Shown here: one piece after another, positions 29,017 to 39,364 of the stretch
Layout: every line of letters starts with the position of its first letter
How positions within the stretch are numbered: position 1 is the stretch's first letter
From: an uncultured Candidatus Rokubacteria bacterium
GTDB lineage: Bacteria; Methylomirabilota; Methylomirabilia; Rokubacteriales; CSP1-6
Length of the DNA stretch: 64,000 nucleotides
Assembly (NCBI GenBank): GCA_963762145.1
Contig: CAVXJS010000011.1
Coordinates: forward strand, 160,001 to 224,000
Direction: 5' to 3'
The notes under the pieces: generated by a model
Told to the model about the DNA's origin: nothing
Database searches by the model: none
The model's input: only the letters and a program-made list of their open reading frames with translations
Program-made: the position numbers and the translations under genes

Positions 29017-29763
29017 ATGTCGCCGCGACGCCAGGACGAACCGAACATCGTGCCGTCCGTGCTGGATCGGTTGCTGGGCGACGAGCGGAGATCGGCTCGC
29101 CCGCAGCTGTCCGCCGACTCGGAGCTGGACGCGCTATGGGTTCGCCTGCTCGACGCGGCCGCCACCCGGCTCCGGCCGGAAGTGATCGACGCGTGGGTGC
29201 GGCCGTGTCGTCTCCTCGCGGTGGAGGGTGATCGGTGGCGCGTCGTGGTCCCCGACCGTCTGCTTCGCGACCGTCTCGTCCAGAGCTACCAGGAGGCCCT
29301 CCAGGACTCCGCGGCTGACGTCGCGGGGGGCAAGGTCCGTCTCGCCTTCAGCGTCGACACCGCCCTCGGCAGCTACGGGATCCGGGAGCTCAAGCGGGCG
29401 GTGGCCCGGGACCTGGAGGCCTTGCTCAACACCCGGCAGGAGGCGCTCGACGAGCTGCCGGAATCGCTCGAGGAGGTCCGGCGCTCACTCGTCACCTACG
29501 GCCTGCCGGACTTCACCGCGGCGAGCCTGCAGAGCTCGCGTGACCGGGCGCGCATCCGCCGCGCTCTCGAGGACACCATCGCCGCCTTCGAGCCCCGCCT
29601 GGACCGGGTCCGCATCGAGCTCGAGGACTCCGAGGGCAACGAGCGGGCGATGCGCTTCCGCGTCGAGGGCTGGTTGCGCCTCGAGCCCACGCCGGAACCG
29701 GTCGCCTTCGACACGGTGCTGCAGCTCACCACCCGCGAATATACCGTGCAGGGCCGGGACTGA
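29017..29763 (+). CDS. tssE: T6SS baseplate TssE (gp25-like) with inserted DnaA-N-terminal-like domain
   Basis: PSVLDRL, RDLEALLNTR, YGLPD, FEPRL, FDT; about 80-aa insert at residues ~37-114. Confidence 0.88.
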   Translation: MSPRRQDEPNIVPSVLDRLLGDERRSARPQLSADSELDALWVRLLDAAATRLRPEVIDAWVRPCRLLAVEGDRWRVVVPDRLLRDRLVQSYQEALQDSAADVAGGKVRLAFSVDTALGSYGIRELKRAVARDLEALLNTRQEALDELPESLEEVRRSLVTYGLPDFTAASLQSSRDRARIRRALEDTIAAFEPRLDRVRIELEDSEGNERAMRFRVEGWLRLEPTPEPVAFDTVLQLTTREYTVQGRD

Positions 29764-31574
29764 TGGCCGACGAGATCCTCACGTACTACGAGCGGGAGCT
29801 GTCCTTCCTTCGGCAGACCGGGGCCGAGTTCGCGGCGAGCTATCCCAAGATCGCCAGCCGCCTGCTCCTGGAGGCGGACAAGTGCGAGGACCCCCACGTC
29901 GAGCGCCTGATCCAGGCGTTCGCGTTCCTGGCCGCCCGCATCCGCTACAAGCTCGACGACGATTTCCCCGAGATCACCGACTCGCTCCTCAGCGTGCTGT
30001 ACCCGCACTATCTCGCTCCGGTGCCGTCGATGGCGATCGTGCAGTTCGTCCTGGACGCCGAGCGCGGAAAGCTCACCGAGCCGTTCCGCATCGCCCGGGG
30101 CGCGAAGCTCTTCTCGCCGCCGGTGAGCGGCGCGCCGTGCCGGTTCCGCACCGCCTACCCGGTGACGCTGTGGCCCTTGACCGTCACCTCGGCACGCCTG
30201 GGCGCGGCCGACGGCCTCGGCGCCTCCAAGCGGGCGGTCTCGGTCATCCGTCTCGGCCTGCGTGCCCAGGGGGGCACCTCGATCGCCGGGCTGCGTCCAG
30301 AAGCGCTGCGCTTCTTCCTGCACGGGGAAGGGCACCAGACCTGGCCGCTGTACGAGCTGCTCTGCAACAACGTCCGCGAGGTGCATCTCCGTCCCGGCGC
30401 CGGGCGCCCCGCCCCGCCGATCCGCCTCGGGCCCGAGTGCATCCGGCCGGTGGGCTTTGCCGCCGACGAGGGGCTGCTGCCGTACGGCCCCCGGTCCTTT
30501 CTCGGATACCGGCTCCTGCACGAATACTTCGCGTTTCCCGAGAAGTTCCTCTTCGTCGACGTGACCGGTCTGGACGCCGCCGCGAAGGCGGGCTTCGGGG
30601 AGGAGCTCGAGATCCTGATCTTCCTCGACCACATGCCGCAGCTGGGCGACGTCGTCGCGCCGAGCACGTTCCGCCTCGGCTGTGTGCCGGTGGTCAACAC
30701 CTTCGAGCAGATCGCCGAGCCCATCCGGGTGAGCCAGACCGACTCGGAATACCGGGTGGTGGTCGACGGGCGACGGCAGGATGCCACCGAGGTGTACTCG
30801 GTGGATTCGGTGGTGAGCGTCTCCCCCGACGACCCGCAGCCACTCGTCTACCGTCCGTTCTACTCGTTCAAGCACGAGATGGACCAGGACCAGCAGCGGA
30901 CCTTCTGGTACGCCACCCGCCGCGCATCCGATCGCAAGGGCGACGCGGGCACCGAGGTGTACCTGTCGCTGGTGGACCTGGACTTCAAGCCATCGAGACC
31001 GCCCGCCGATACGCTCACCGTGCACGTGACCTGCACGAATCGCGATCTGCCCGCCCGGCTGCCGTTCGGGGGCGAGCGCGGCGTGCTCGAGCTGGAGGGG
31101 GCCGCGCCCCTGTCGCGGATCCTCTGCCTGACGAAGCCGACCACGGTGGCCCGCCCGCGCATGGGCCGGGGCGCCCAGTGGCGCCTGATCTCTCACCTCT
31201 CCCTGAACTACCTGTCGATCTGCGACGGCGGCCGCGAGGCCCTGCAGGAGATCCTGCGACTGTACGACTTCTCGGGCTCCCCGGTCGTGCGGCAGCAGAT
31301 CGCGGGCATCCTCGACGTCAGGAGCCGCCGGGTGGTGGGCCGTCCGGGCTCGATGCCCTGGAACGGCTTCTGCCGCGGCCTCGAGGTGACCGTCGATCTC
31401 GACGAGGAGCAGTACGTCGGCACCGGCGTCTACCTGTTCGCGTCGGTGCTCGAGCGGTTCTTCGGCCTGTACTCGTCCCTCAACTCGTTCACCCAGCTCG
31501 TCGCGCGGACCCGTCAGCGCAAAGAGCCCCTCAAGCGATGGCCTCCGAGAGCCGGCGAACAGATCCTTCTGTAG
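29763..31574 (+). CDS. tssF: T6SS baseplate TssF
   Basis: YYEREL.FLR..G.EFA..YPKIA.RL, DPHVERL, EYFAFPEKF, WRLISHLSLNYLS, NSFTQL. Confidence 0.96.
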   Translation: MADEILTYYERELSFLRQTGAEFAASYPKIASRLLLEADKCEDPHVERLIQAFAFLAARIRYKLDDDFPEITDSLLSVLYPHYLAPVPSMAIVQFVLDAERGKLTEPFRIARGAKLFSPPVSGAPCRFRTAYPVTLWPLTVTSARLGAADGLGASKRAVSVIRLGLRAQGGTSIAGLRPEALRFFLHGEGHQTWPLYELLCNNVREVHLRPGAGRPAPPIRLGPECIRPVGFAADEGLLPYGPRSFLGYRLLHEYFAFPEKFLFVDVTGLDAAAKAGFGEELEILIFLDHMPQLGDVVAPSTFRLGCVPVVNTFEQIAEPIRVSQTDSEYRVVVDGRRQDATEVYSVDSVVSVSPDDPQPLVYRPFYSFKHEMDQDQQRTFWYATRRASDRKGDAGTEVYLSLVDLDFKPSRPPADTLTVHVTCTNRDLPARLPFGGERGVLELEGAAPLSRILCLTKPTTVARPRMGRGAQWRLISHLSLNYLSICDGGREALQEILRLYDFSGSPVVRQQIAGILDVRSRRVVGRPGSMPWNGFCRGLEVTVDLDEEQYVGTGVYLFASVLERFFGLYSSLNSFTQLVARTRQRKEPLKRWPPRAGEQILL

Positions 31575-32647
31575 AAGAGCTCCTCTTCGACGAGGGGTTC
31601 CGGTTCGAGTTCTTCCAGGCGGTGCGCCTGCTGGAGCGGGTGTTCCCGGAGCGCGGGCCGGTCGGGCGCGACGTGCGCCCGGGCGAGGAGATCGTCCGGT
31701 TCCGGGCGCACAACTCGCTGACCTTCCCGCCCAGCTCGATTCACGATCTGTCCCGCACGGACGGCGAGGGGCCCGCCTCGATGGTCGTCGCCTTCATGGG
31801 GCTGACGGGTCCCTCGGGCGTGCTACCCCGGCACTACACCGAGATGGTGCTCGAGGAGGAGCGGCGCCGCGAGCACGGCCTCGCCGGCTTCTTCGACGTC
31901 TTCAATCACCGGATGATCTCTCTCTTCTACCGCGCGTGGCAGAAGTATCGCGTTCCGATCGCTCACGAGCAGGCGCGCCGGCCGGGGGCGGCGCCGGACC
32001 CGTTCACCGAATCGCTGTTCGCCCACTTCGGCATGGCGACGGGCGGGCTCCGGGGTCGGCAGCGGGTCGAGGATCAGGGCTTCGTCTTCTATGCCGGGCT
32101 GCTCGCCCAGCAGCCCCGCTCCGCGAGCGCGCTCGAGGGGATGATCGCCGACTACCTCGCGGTGCCGACCAAGGTCGGGCAGTTCGCCGGGCAGTGGCTG
32201 CCGCTGGTGGAGGAGAACCGGTCGCGCGTCGGGCGAGCCGGCCGGCCCGGAGAGGATGATCGCGGGGCCCACAATGTCCTGGGACGTACCGCGGTCCTCG
32301 GCAAGCGGTTCTGGGACCAGCAGGCCGGGTTCCGGCTGCGCCTGGGTCCCATGGGCTATGCCGAGTTCCTGGAGCTCCTGCCCCTGGGCTCTCGATTCCG
32401 GGTGCTCGTGCAGATGACCCGCTTCTTCGTGAGCCAGGGGCTCGACTTCGACGTGCAGCTCGTCCTGAAGGGCGAGGACGTTCCCGTGTGCCGGCTGGGC
32501 GACCGGGGGCCGGGCGCTCCCCGCCTCGGCTGGTCCACCTGGCTCGGGGGAGGCGTGCGCGCGCGAGATGTCGACGACACCGTCCTGGGCCACCGCTGGA
32601 CTCGTGGCGTGCTACCCGATCGTGAATCCGTGAGGAGAGCCGCATGA
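31538..32647 (+). CDS. tssG: T6SS baseplate TssG
   Basis: FEFFQAVRLL, FMGLTGPSGVLP.HYTE, FDVFNHR..LFYRAW.KY, LGWSTWL. Confidence 0.95.
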   Translation: MASESRRTDPSVEELLFDEGFRFEFFQAVRLLERVFPERGPVGRDVRPGEEIVRFRAHNSLTFPPSSIHDLSRTDGEGPASMVVAFMGLTGPSGVLPRHYTEMVLEEERRREHGLAGFFDVFNHRMISLFYRAWQKYRVPIAHEQARRPGAAPDPFTESLFAHFGMATGGLRGRQRVEDQGFVFYAGLLAQQPRSASALEGMIADYLAVPTKVGQFAGQWLPLVEENRSRVGRAGRPGEDDRGAHNVLGRTAVLGKRFWDQQAGFRLRLGPMGYAEFLELLPLGSRFRVLVQMTRFFVSQGLDFDVQLVLKGEDVPVCRLGDRGPGAPRLGWSTWLGGGVRARDVDDTVLGHRWTRGVLPDRESVRRAA

Positions 32648-35317
32648 ACGTCACCCTGAAAGCCCTGGTCGCGAAGCTGAACGACACCTGCCGCGCCGCC
32701 CTCGAGGGCGCCGCCGGACTGTGTCTGACCCGGACCCACTACGACGTCGACGTCGAGCATTTCCTCGTGAAGCTCTGCGAGGCGCCGAACGCGGACACCA
32801 CGCGCATCATCAAGCACTACGGCGTGGATCCGGGCAAGCTCGCGACGGGTCTCAATCGAGCCCTCGACCGGCTGAAGACCGGGAATGCCCGCACCCCCAC
32901 GCTGGCGCCGCGGATCACGCGCTGGCTCAGCGAGGCGTGGACGCTGGCGTCCGTGGAGCTGGGGGCCTCGTCGCTGCGCTCCGGGCATCTGCTCCTGGCG
33001 CTGCTCTCCGAGCCGGACCTCGCCCGCCTGGCCGCGGAGTCGAGCCCCGAGCTCGCCAAGATCTCGGTCGAGGACCTGACCAAGCGCTTCGGGGAGCTGA
33101 CCGCCGGGTCGGCCGAGGACGCCTACCAGGCGCCCAGCGTGGTGGACGGGGCGCCGGCCGGGACGGCCGGCGGGAAGACGCCCGCGCTCGACCAGTACAC
33201 CGTCGACCTCACCGCGCGGGCCCGCCAGGGCGAGATCGACCCGGTGCTGGGGCGGGATTTCGAGATCCGGCAGCTCGTCGACATCCTCACACGCCGGCGG
33301 CAGAACAATCCCATCCTCACCGGTGAGGCCGGCGTCGGGCAAGACCGCGGTGGTGGAGGGCCTCGCGCTCCGCATCGCGGCGGGCGACGTGCCGCCGCCC
33401 CTGCCGCCACGGTCGCGCTGCGCACGCTGGACCTGGCGCTGCTCCAGGCCGGCGCCGGCGTGAAGGGCGAGTTCGAGAACCGGCTCAAGTCCGTCATCGC
33501 CGAGGTGAAGGCCTCGCCGCAGCCGATCATCCTGTTCATCGACGAGGCCCACACCATGATCGGCGCGGGCGGCCAGGCCGGGCAGGGCGACGCGGCCAAC
33601 CTGCTCAAGCCGGCGCTGGCGCGCGGCGAGCTGCGCACGATCGCGGCCACCACCTGGTCCGAGTACAAGAAGTACTTCGAGAAGGATCCCGCGCTCGCGC
33701 GGCGGTTCCAGGTCGTGAAGGTGGAGGAGCCGGCGGAAGCCCAGGCGGTCGGGATGATGCGCGGGCTCGTCGCCATGCTCGAGCAGCACCACAACGTCCG
33801 CATCCTCGACGAGGCGGTCGAGGAGGCGGTGCGGCTGTCGCATCGCTACATCTCCGGGCCGGCAGCTTCCCGACAAGGCCGTGAGCGTGCTCGACACCGC
33901 GTGCGCCCGTGTCGCCCTGGGCAGGTTTCGACACCACCCGCCCTCGAGGATTGCCAGCGCCTGATCGCGCGGATCGAGACCGAGATGACCATTCTCGAGC
34001 GCGAGGCGATCACCGGAGGCGAGAGCCGGGAGCGTCGGGACGAGCTGTCCAAGCAGAGCACGGAGGCGAAGACGCGGCTCTCCGAGCTCGAGGCGCGATG
34101 GCAGCAGGAGCGGCGCCTGATCGAGGAGCTGCGGGGCATCCGGACCAAGCTCGAGGCCCACGCCACGGCGGCGAAGGTGGATGCCGGCCTCGGCCCCGGT
34201 CGAGGGGCGGCTATCCGATGAGGAGCTGGCCAAGCTCCAGGCCGACCTGCCGCGGCTCAACAAGGAGCTGGCCACCGTCCAGGGCGAGGCTCCGCTCATG
34301 CAGGTGTGCGTGGACGGCCAGGCGGTGGCGGAGGTCGTCTCCGGCTGGACCGGCATCCCGGTCGGCAAGATGGTCAAGGACGAGATCCAGACCGTGCTCT
34401 CCATCAAGGACCTGATGGAGCGGCGGATCATCGGCCAGGCGCATGCCCTCGAGGCGATCGGCCGGCGGATCCAGACCGCGAAGGCCAAGCTGGAGGATCC
34501 CCGGCGTCCCCGGCGGTGTTCCTCCTCGTGGGGCCGAGCGGGGTCGGCAAGACCGAGACCGCGCCACACCCTGGCCGACCTCCTCTACGGCGGCGATCGC
34601 AACATGGTCGTCATCAACATGTCCGAGTACCAGGAAGGCCACACCGTCTCGCGCCTCAAGGGCTCGCCGCCCGGCTACGTGGGCTACGGCGAGGGCGGCG
34701 TGCTCACCGAGGCGGTCCGGCGGCGGCCGTACAGCGTCGTCCTCCTCGACGAGATCGAGAAGGCGCACTCGGACGTGATCGAGCTCTTCTACCAGGTCTT
34801 CGACAAGGGCACGCTGGAGGACGGCGAAGGCCGGGAGATCGACTTCAAGAACACGGTCATCATCATGACCTCCAACGTGGCCACCGACCTGGTCATGAAG
34901 CTGTGCGCGGACCCGGCGCGGACGCCGGACCCGGACGAGCTGATCGAGAAGATGCGGCCCGCGCTCCTGCGCGCCTTCAAGCCCGCCTTCCTGGGCCGGG
35001 CGATCGTGGTCCCGTACTACCCCATCGGCGACGAGGCCATGCGGCGGATCATCGAGCTCCAGCTCGGCCGCATCCGTACCCGCCTGCAGGAGAACAACCG
35101 GGTGCGCTTCACCTACGACGACGCGCTCGTCGCCGAGATCGCGCGCCGGTGCACCGAGGTGGAGTCGGGCGCGCGCAACGTGGACCACATCCTGACCCGC
35201 ACGCTGCTGCCCGAGATCTCCCGGGAGTACCTTTCCCGCATGGCCTCGGAGGCCAGCATCTCCCGGGTCCACGTGAGCGTGGACGAGGGCGGTCGTTTCG
35301 GCTACCAGATCGACTGA
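32644..35317 (+). CDS. tssH: T6SS AAA+ ATPase ClpV/TssH (several frameshifts)
   Basis: RRRQNNPIL.GEAGVG, FIDEAH, ATTW.EY..YFEKD.AL.RRFQ, PPGYVGYGEGG.LTE, LDEIEKAH. Confidence 0.93.
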
Positions 35318-37233
35318 TGGCGAAATACATCCAGGCGAACCGGCCGATCTCGGTCACCACCCCGCTGGGCCCGGACGTGGTCCTCCTCACCGGGGTGCGG
35401 GGGGAGGAAGGCCTGTCGCGCCTGTTCCGGTTCGAGCTGGAGCTGATCGCGGAGGATCCGCTGAAGGTCGTCTTCGACAAGCTGCTCAGCGGTCGGGTGA
35501 CCGTGCTCCTCAAGCTCGACGACAAGCGCGAGCGCTACTGGAGCGGGATCTGCAGCCAGATCGGCGAGGTGGGGCGCGACGTGAGCTTCACGCACTACCG
35601 CCTCGAGATGGTGCCGCAGCTCTGGCTCCTGACCCGGCGGGCCCAGAGCCGCATCTTCCAGAACCTGAGCGTGCCCGACATCCTGCGCAAGGTCCTCACC
35701 GGCCTCGACGTGACGTGGGAGATCCAGGGCACCTTCCATCCGCGCGACTACTGCGTGCAGTATCGCGAGACCGACTTCAACTTCGCCTCCCGGCTGATGG
35801 AGGAAGAAGGGATCTACTACTTCTTCAAGCACGGCAAGGACGAGCACAAGATGGTGGTGGCCAACACCCCCACGAGCCATCCCGACATGCCCCTGGGGAG
35901 CCGGATCATCTTCGACGAGACGGTCCGCGACCGGCTGGACGACTTGCGGATCAGGAGCTGGCACAAGAACCAGTCGCTGACGTCCGGAAAGGTCACGCTG
36001 TGGGATCACTCCTTCGAGCTCCCGCACAAGCACCTGGAAGGGGTGGGCACGATCCAGGACACGGTGGCCGCGGGCAAGGTGGTCCACAAGCTGAAGGTCG
36101 GAAACAACGAGCAGCTCGAGCTCTACGACTTTCCCGGCGAGTACGCCCAGCGCTTCGACGGGGTGGACCGCGGCGGCGCGGACCGGCCGGCGGATCTGGA
36201 GAAGATCTTCGAGGACAACTCGCGCACCGCGAAGATCCGGATCCAGGAGGAGGCGGCGGGCGGGCTCATCGTCTCCGGCTCGGGCCTGTGCCGGAACTTC
36301 GTGAGCGGCCACAAGTTCACGCTGGAGCGCCACTACGACGGCGACGGCGTGTACGTACTGACGAGCATCCAGCACCGGATCACGATGGCGAGCGCCGACT
36401 ATCGCTCCGGCTCCGACGGCCAGTTCGAGTACGGAAACGCGTTCACCTGCATTCCCTTCGCGCTGCCGTACCGGCCGCCGCGGTCGACCCCGAAGCCGGT
36501 GGTGCCGGGGCCGCAGACCGCGGTGGTGGTGGGGCCGTCGGGCGAGGAGATCTACCCCGACAAGTACGGGCGGGTGAAGGTTCAGTTCCACTGGGACCGG
36601 GAGGGCAAGGCCGACGCGGAGAGCTCCTGCTGGATCCGGGTGACCCAGAGCCACGCCGGCAAGGGCTGGGGCTCGATCTTCATCCCCCGGATCGGCCAGG
36701 AGGTCCTGGTGGCCTTCGAGGAGGGCGACCCGGACCAGCCGGTCATCGTCGGATCGCTCTACAACGCCCAGGAGATGCCGCCCTACCGCCTGCCCGACGA
36801 GAAGACCAAGACCGTCCTGTTCAAGTCGAACACCAGCAAGGACGGCGGCGGCCACAACGAGATCCGATTCGAGGACAGCGCGGGATCCGAGCAGATCTAC
36901 ATCCACGGCGAGAAGGATCTCGACGTGCGAATCAAGGACGCGGTGCGGGAGTCGATCGGGGGTAATCAGCACCTCACCGTCGAGGGTACCCTCAACGAGG
37001 AGGTCAACCAGAGCTGGTACCAGAAGACCACGATGAGCATCGTCATCGAGTCCGGCATGGAGCTGACCATCAAGTCGTCCGGCGGCTTCATCAAGATCGA
37101 TCCGAGCGGCGTGACGATCATGGGCACCATGGTCCGCATCAACAGCGGCGGAGCGCCGGGGATGATCCCGATCGGACCCGACGGCGCCGACGACAGCGAC
37201 CCGGGCGCGGTCGATCCGCCGCTCAACCCCTGA
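35317..37233 (+). CDS. vgrG: T6SS spike VgrG (no C-terminal extension)
   Basis: CVQYRETD.NF.SRL.EEEGI, GPQTAVV, D.YGRVKVQFHWDR, PRIGQEV.V.F..GDPD.P. Confidence 0.96.
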   Translation: MAKYIQANRPISVTTPLGPDVVLLTGVRGEEGLSRLFRFELELIAEDPLKVVFDKLLSGRVTVLLKLDDKRERYWSGICSQIGEVGRDVSFTHYRLEMVPQLWLLTRRAQSRIFQNLSVPDILRKVLTGLDVTWEIQGTFHPRDYCVQYRETDFNFASRLMEEEGIYYFFKHGKDEHKMVVANTPTSHPDMPLGSRIIFDETVRDRLDDLRIRSWHKNQSLTSGKVTLWDHSFELPHKHLEGVGTIQDTVAAGKVVHKLKVGNNEQLELYDFPGEYAQRFDGVDRGGADRPADLEKIFEDNSRTAKIRIQEEAAGGLIVSGSGLCRNFVSGHKFTLERHYDGDGVYVLTSIQHRITMASADYRSGSDGQFEYGNAFTCIPFALPYRPPRSTPKPVVPGPQTAVVVGPSGEEIYPDKYGRVKVQFHWDREGKADAESSCWIRVTQSHAGKGWGSIFIPRIGQEVLVAFEEGDPDQPVIVGSLYNAQEMPPYRLPDEKTKTVLFKSNTSKDGGGHNEIRFEDSAGSEQIYIHGEKDLDVRIKDAVRESIGGNQHLTVEGTLNEEVNQSWYQKTTMSIVIESGMELTIKSSGGFIKIDPSGVTIMGTMVRINSGGAPGMIPIGPDGADDSDPGAVDPPLNP

Positions 37234-37259
37234 TCGTCCGGCGCGACCGCTCGGCGCCG

Positions 37260-37781
37260 CTAGAGCTGCTGGGTATACTTCTTGCCGCGCCCGGCCAGGC
37301 CGTCCTTCATGAGGCCGATGTCCCGGTCGTTCAGGTCGGGCCCCACCGGGCTCTCCGCGAGGCCGCCGTGCCCTCTCAGGTCGTCTTCGGTGAACAGCGG
37401 GTGGGCATTGTGCAGGCCCTCGTGGAAGGCGAGCTTCGCGTACTGCAGGCCGGACAGCGTGCGGGTCGAGCCCCGGATGGTGACCGTCTTGTAGAACTCG
37501 GAGCAGATCACGTTGTCGCGCAGGGTGGTATGGCCACCGACCAGCGGGTTGATCTTGGGCGGGCGCTTCATCTTCTGCACGATGTAGGAGCCCGCCACGT
37601 CCGCGACGAAGTGCAGCACGAGCGCGTCGGAGGTTCCGGCCTTGCCCCAGCCGACGGTGGCGCTGTGGTCGCTGTCCGCGAAGACCCGGTCGAAGTAGTC
37701 TTTCAGCGAGGCGCCGATCTCACTGGTGATCTTGGTGTCCGATCCGGTATGGTCGACGAGCTTGATGGCGTAGACGGTCAT
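37260..37781 (-). CDS. Hypothetical zincin-like protein (HExxH)
   Basis: FHEGLHN motif, coding-like codon usage, RBS-like GGAGG. Confidence 0.6.
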   Translation of the reverse strand: MTVYAIKLVDHTGSDTKITSEIGASLKDYFDRVFADSDHSATVGWGKAGTSDALVLHFVADVAGSYIVQKMKRPPKINPLVGGHTTLRDNVICSEFYKTVTIRGSTRTLSGLQYAKLAFHEGLHNAHPLFTEDDLRGHGGLAESPVGPDLNDRDIGLMKDGLAGRGKKYTQQL

Positions 37782-37821
37782 CGGGAGCCTCCGAGTTCGT
37801 AGTTGTGGCCGGCCCCGCCCA

Positions 37822-39324
37822 TCAGGACACCAGAAGGGCGAGGCGGGCGACCTCGATCACCTTCCGGTCGAGGGCCGCCGCGGTCACCTCGACGGGCGCC
37901 ACCTGCGCTTCCAGGTCGCGACGGAGCATGTCCGGGGTGCGGGTCCCATCCATGAGCATCAGCAAGCGGCGGCCGATATCGTCCTCGATGTGCACGCTGG
38001 TGTGGCGCAGGGACGCCACGAAGGCGCCGCGCTCGAGCTGCAGGCGGGCCACCGGGCTCGCCGTCGGCCGGGGTCCCGGTTCCAGCGCGAAACGCGGGGC
38101 CTGGGTGGCGAGCTCCACCAGCCCGGCGGTGTAGGCGGCGAGGAGGATGTCGAGGAGCGCCCCGCTCTCGTCGCCGGTCCCGTTTCCCGAGACGGGTCCG
38201 CGGAGCTCGTCGAACCTGAGCGGCCGGGGCCAGGCGTCGCCGAGATGGAGCATCGCGGACTTGGCGAGCGGGTGGTTGGTCGCCAGGCTGGCGTTGCCCC
38301 GCCCCCGGAACTCCACCACGACACCCGGGGCGTCGACGTCGGGGCGCTCGACCGCGGGCCGGGCCGAGGACGCAACGTGAAGATCGCGCAAGGCCTCGCG
38401 CCGCAGCCGCCGGTCGAGCGCCACCTCCTCGCGGCACAGAAGCGTCTGTCGGAACCGACGATTCCGGAGAAAATCGAGGTATTGCTCCTTCTGGATCACG
38501 CTCCGGTCGGCCAGCTGCCAGATCTGTCGGGCAACCTCGGCCGGGTACGTCTCGGGCTGCATCTCGTGGACGCTCGCCTCCGCGAGGAACTGCAGGCGGT
38601 GCCGGCGAGCGTGCGCGGCGAACTCGCGGAAGTACACCGGCTCGTTGGTGGCCGCGAGGTCGTCGTGGAAGAGGAGGCTCGGGGAGTGGTCGAGCACCGC
38701 GCGCATCTCGTCCGCGAGCACCGCCGCGTCGCTGCCCGCGGCCTGCGGGCAGTCCGCCATGAAGCGGGCGAGGGCGCGGGCCTGGGCGATCTGCTCTTTC
38801 GGATCGGCGATGTCCGCGACGTGGAACCGGAGGATCTGCCACACCGCCTGGCGCAGATGGCAACCGGGATAGGTGTTGTAGCTGACGAACGCCACCCCGT
38901 GAGGCGCCAGGTGCGCCGCGCAGATGGCGAGGATCCGGTCGCGCACCGGCTCGGGCACCCACGAGTAGATACCCGGCGCGATGATGTAGTCGAAGGTCCC
39001 GAGGGAGCCGGGGAGGTCCATGATGTCGAGCCGGTGCAGCACCACGTTCCGGAGGCCGAGCGCCGAGATCGCGTCGGCCCCGACGCCCACCGCGGTGGCC
39101 GCGAGGTCGACGCCGACGAATTCGCTGTCGGGGAGACCGTAGGCCATCGGGATCAGGTTGCTGCCGTCGCCGCAGCCCAGCTCCAGCACGCGGCACCGAT
39201 CGATCGGTCGGGGGGACATTCCGTGCAGCAGGGCGATCGTGGCCAGCCGATCGGGATGGGTCTGCGGCATGGGCTGCGTCCAGTACGCGAGCCGATCGTA
39301 GGCACTCGGAGACGGCGTGGCCAT
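37822..39324 (-). CDS. SAM methyltransferase with methyltransferase-regulatory domain (PKMT-like)
   Basis: THP..L, VLELGCGDG.N, FDYII..GIYSW, SYNTYPG, EQYLDFL..R.FRQTLL. Confidence 0.85.
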   Translation of the reverse strand: MATPSPSAYDRLAYWTQPMPQTHPDRLATIALLHGMSPRPIDRCRVLELGCGDGSNLIPMAYGLPDSEFVGVDLAATAVGVGADAISALGLRNVVLHRLDIMDLPGSLGTFDYIIAPGIYSWVPEPVRDRILAICAAHLAPHGVAFVSYNTYPGCHLRQAVWQILRFHVADIADPKEQIAQARALARFMADCPQAAGSDAAVLADEMRAVLDHSPSLLFHDDLAATNEPVYFREFAAHARRHRLQFLAEASVHEMQPETYPAEVARQIWQLADRSVIQKEQYLDFLRNRRFRQTLLCREEVALDRRLRREALRDLHVASSARPAVERPDVDAPGVVVEFRGRGNASLATNHPLAKSAMLHLGDAWPRPLRFDELRGPVSGNGTGDESGALLDILLAAYTAGLVELATQAPRFALEPGPRPTASPVARLQLERGAFVASLRHTSVHIEDDIGRRLLMLMDGTRTPDMLRRDLEAQVAPVEVTAAALDRKVIEVARLALLVS

Positions 39325-39364
39325 GGCGCGGTCGTTCCGGGGCTAGACTAGCACGCGAGAGCGC

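Noticed and set aside
29228-37233. Apparent 1139-aa TssG and 975-aa VgrG N-terminal extensions
   Set aside because: The upstream parts are off-frame read-through of tssE/tssF and clpV; the real starts are 31538 and 35317
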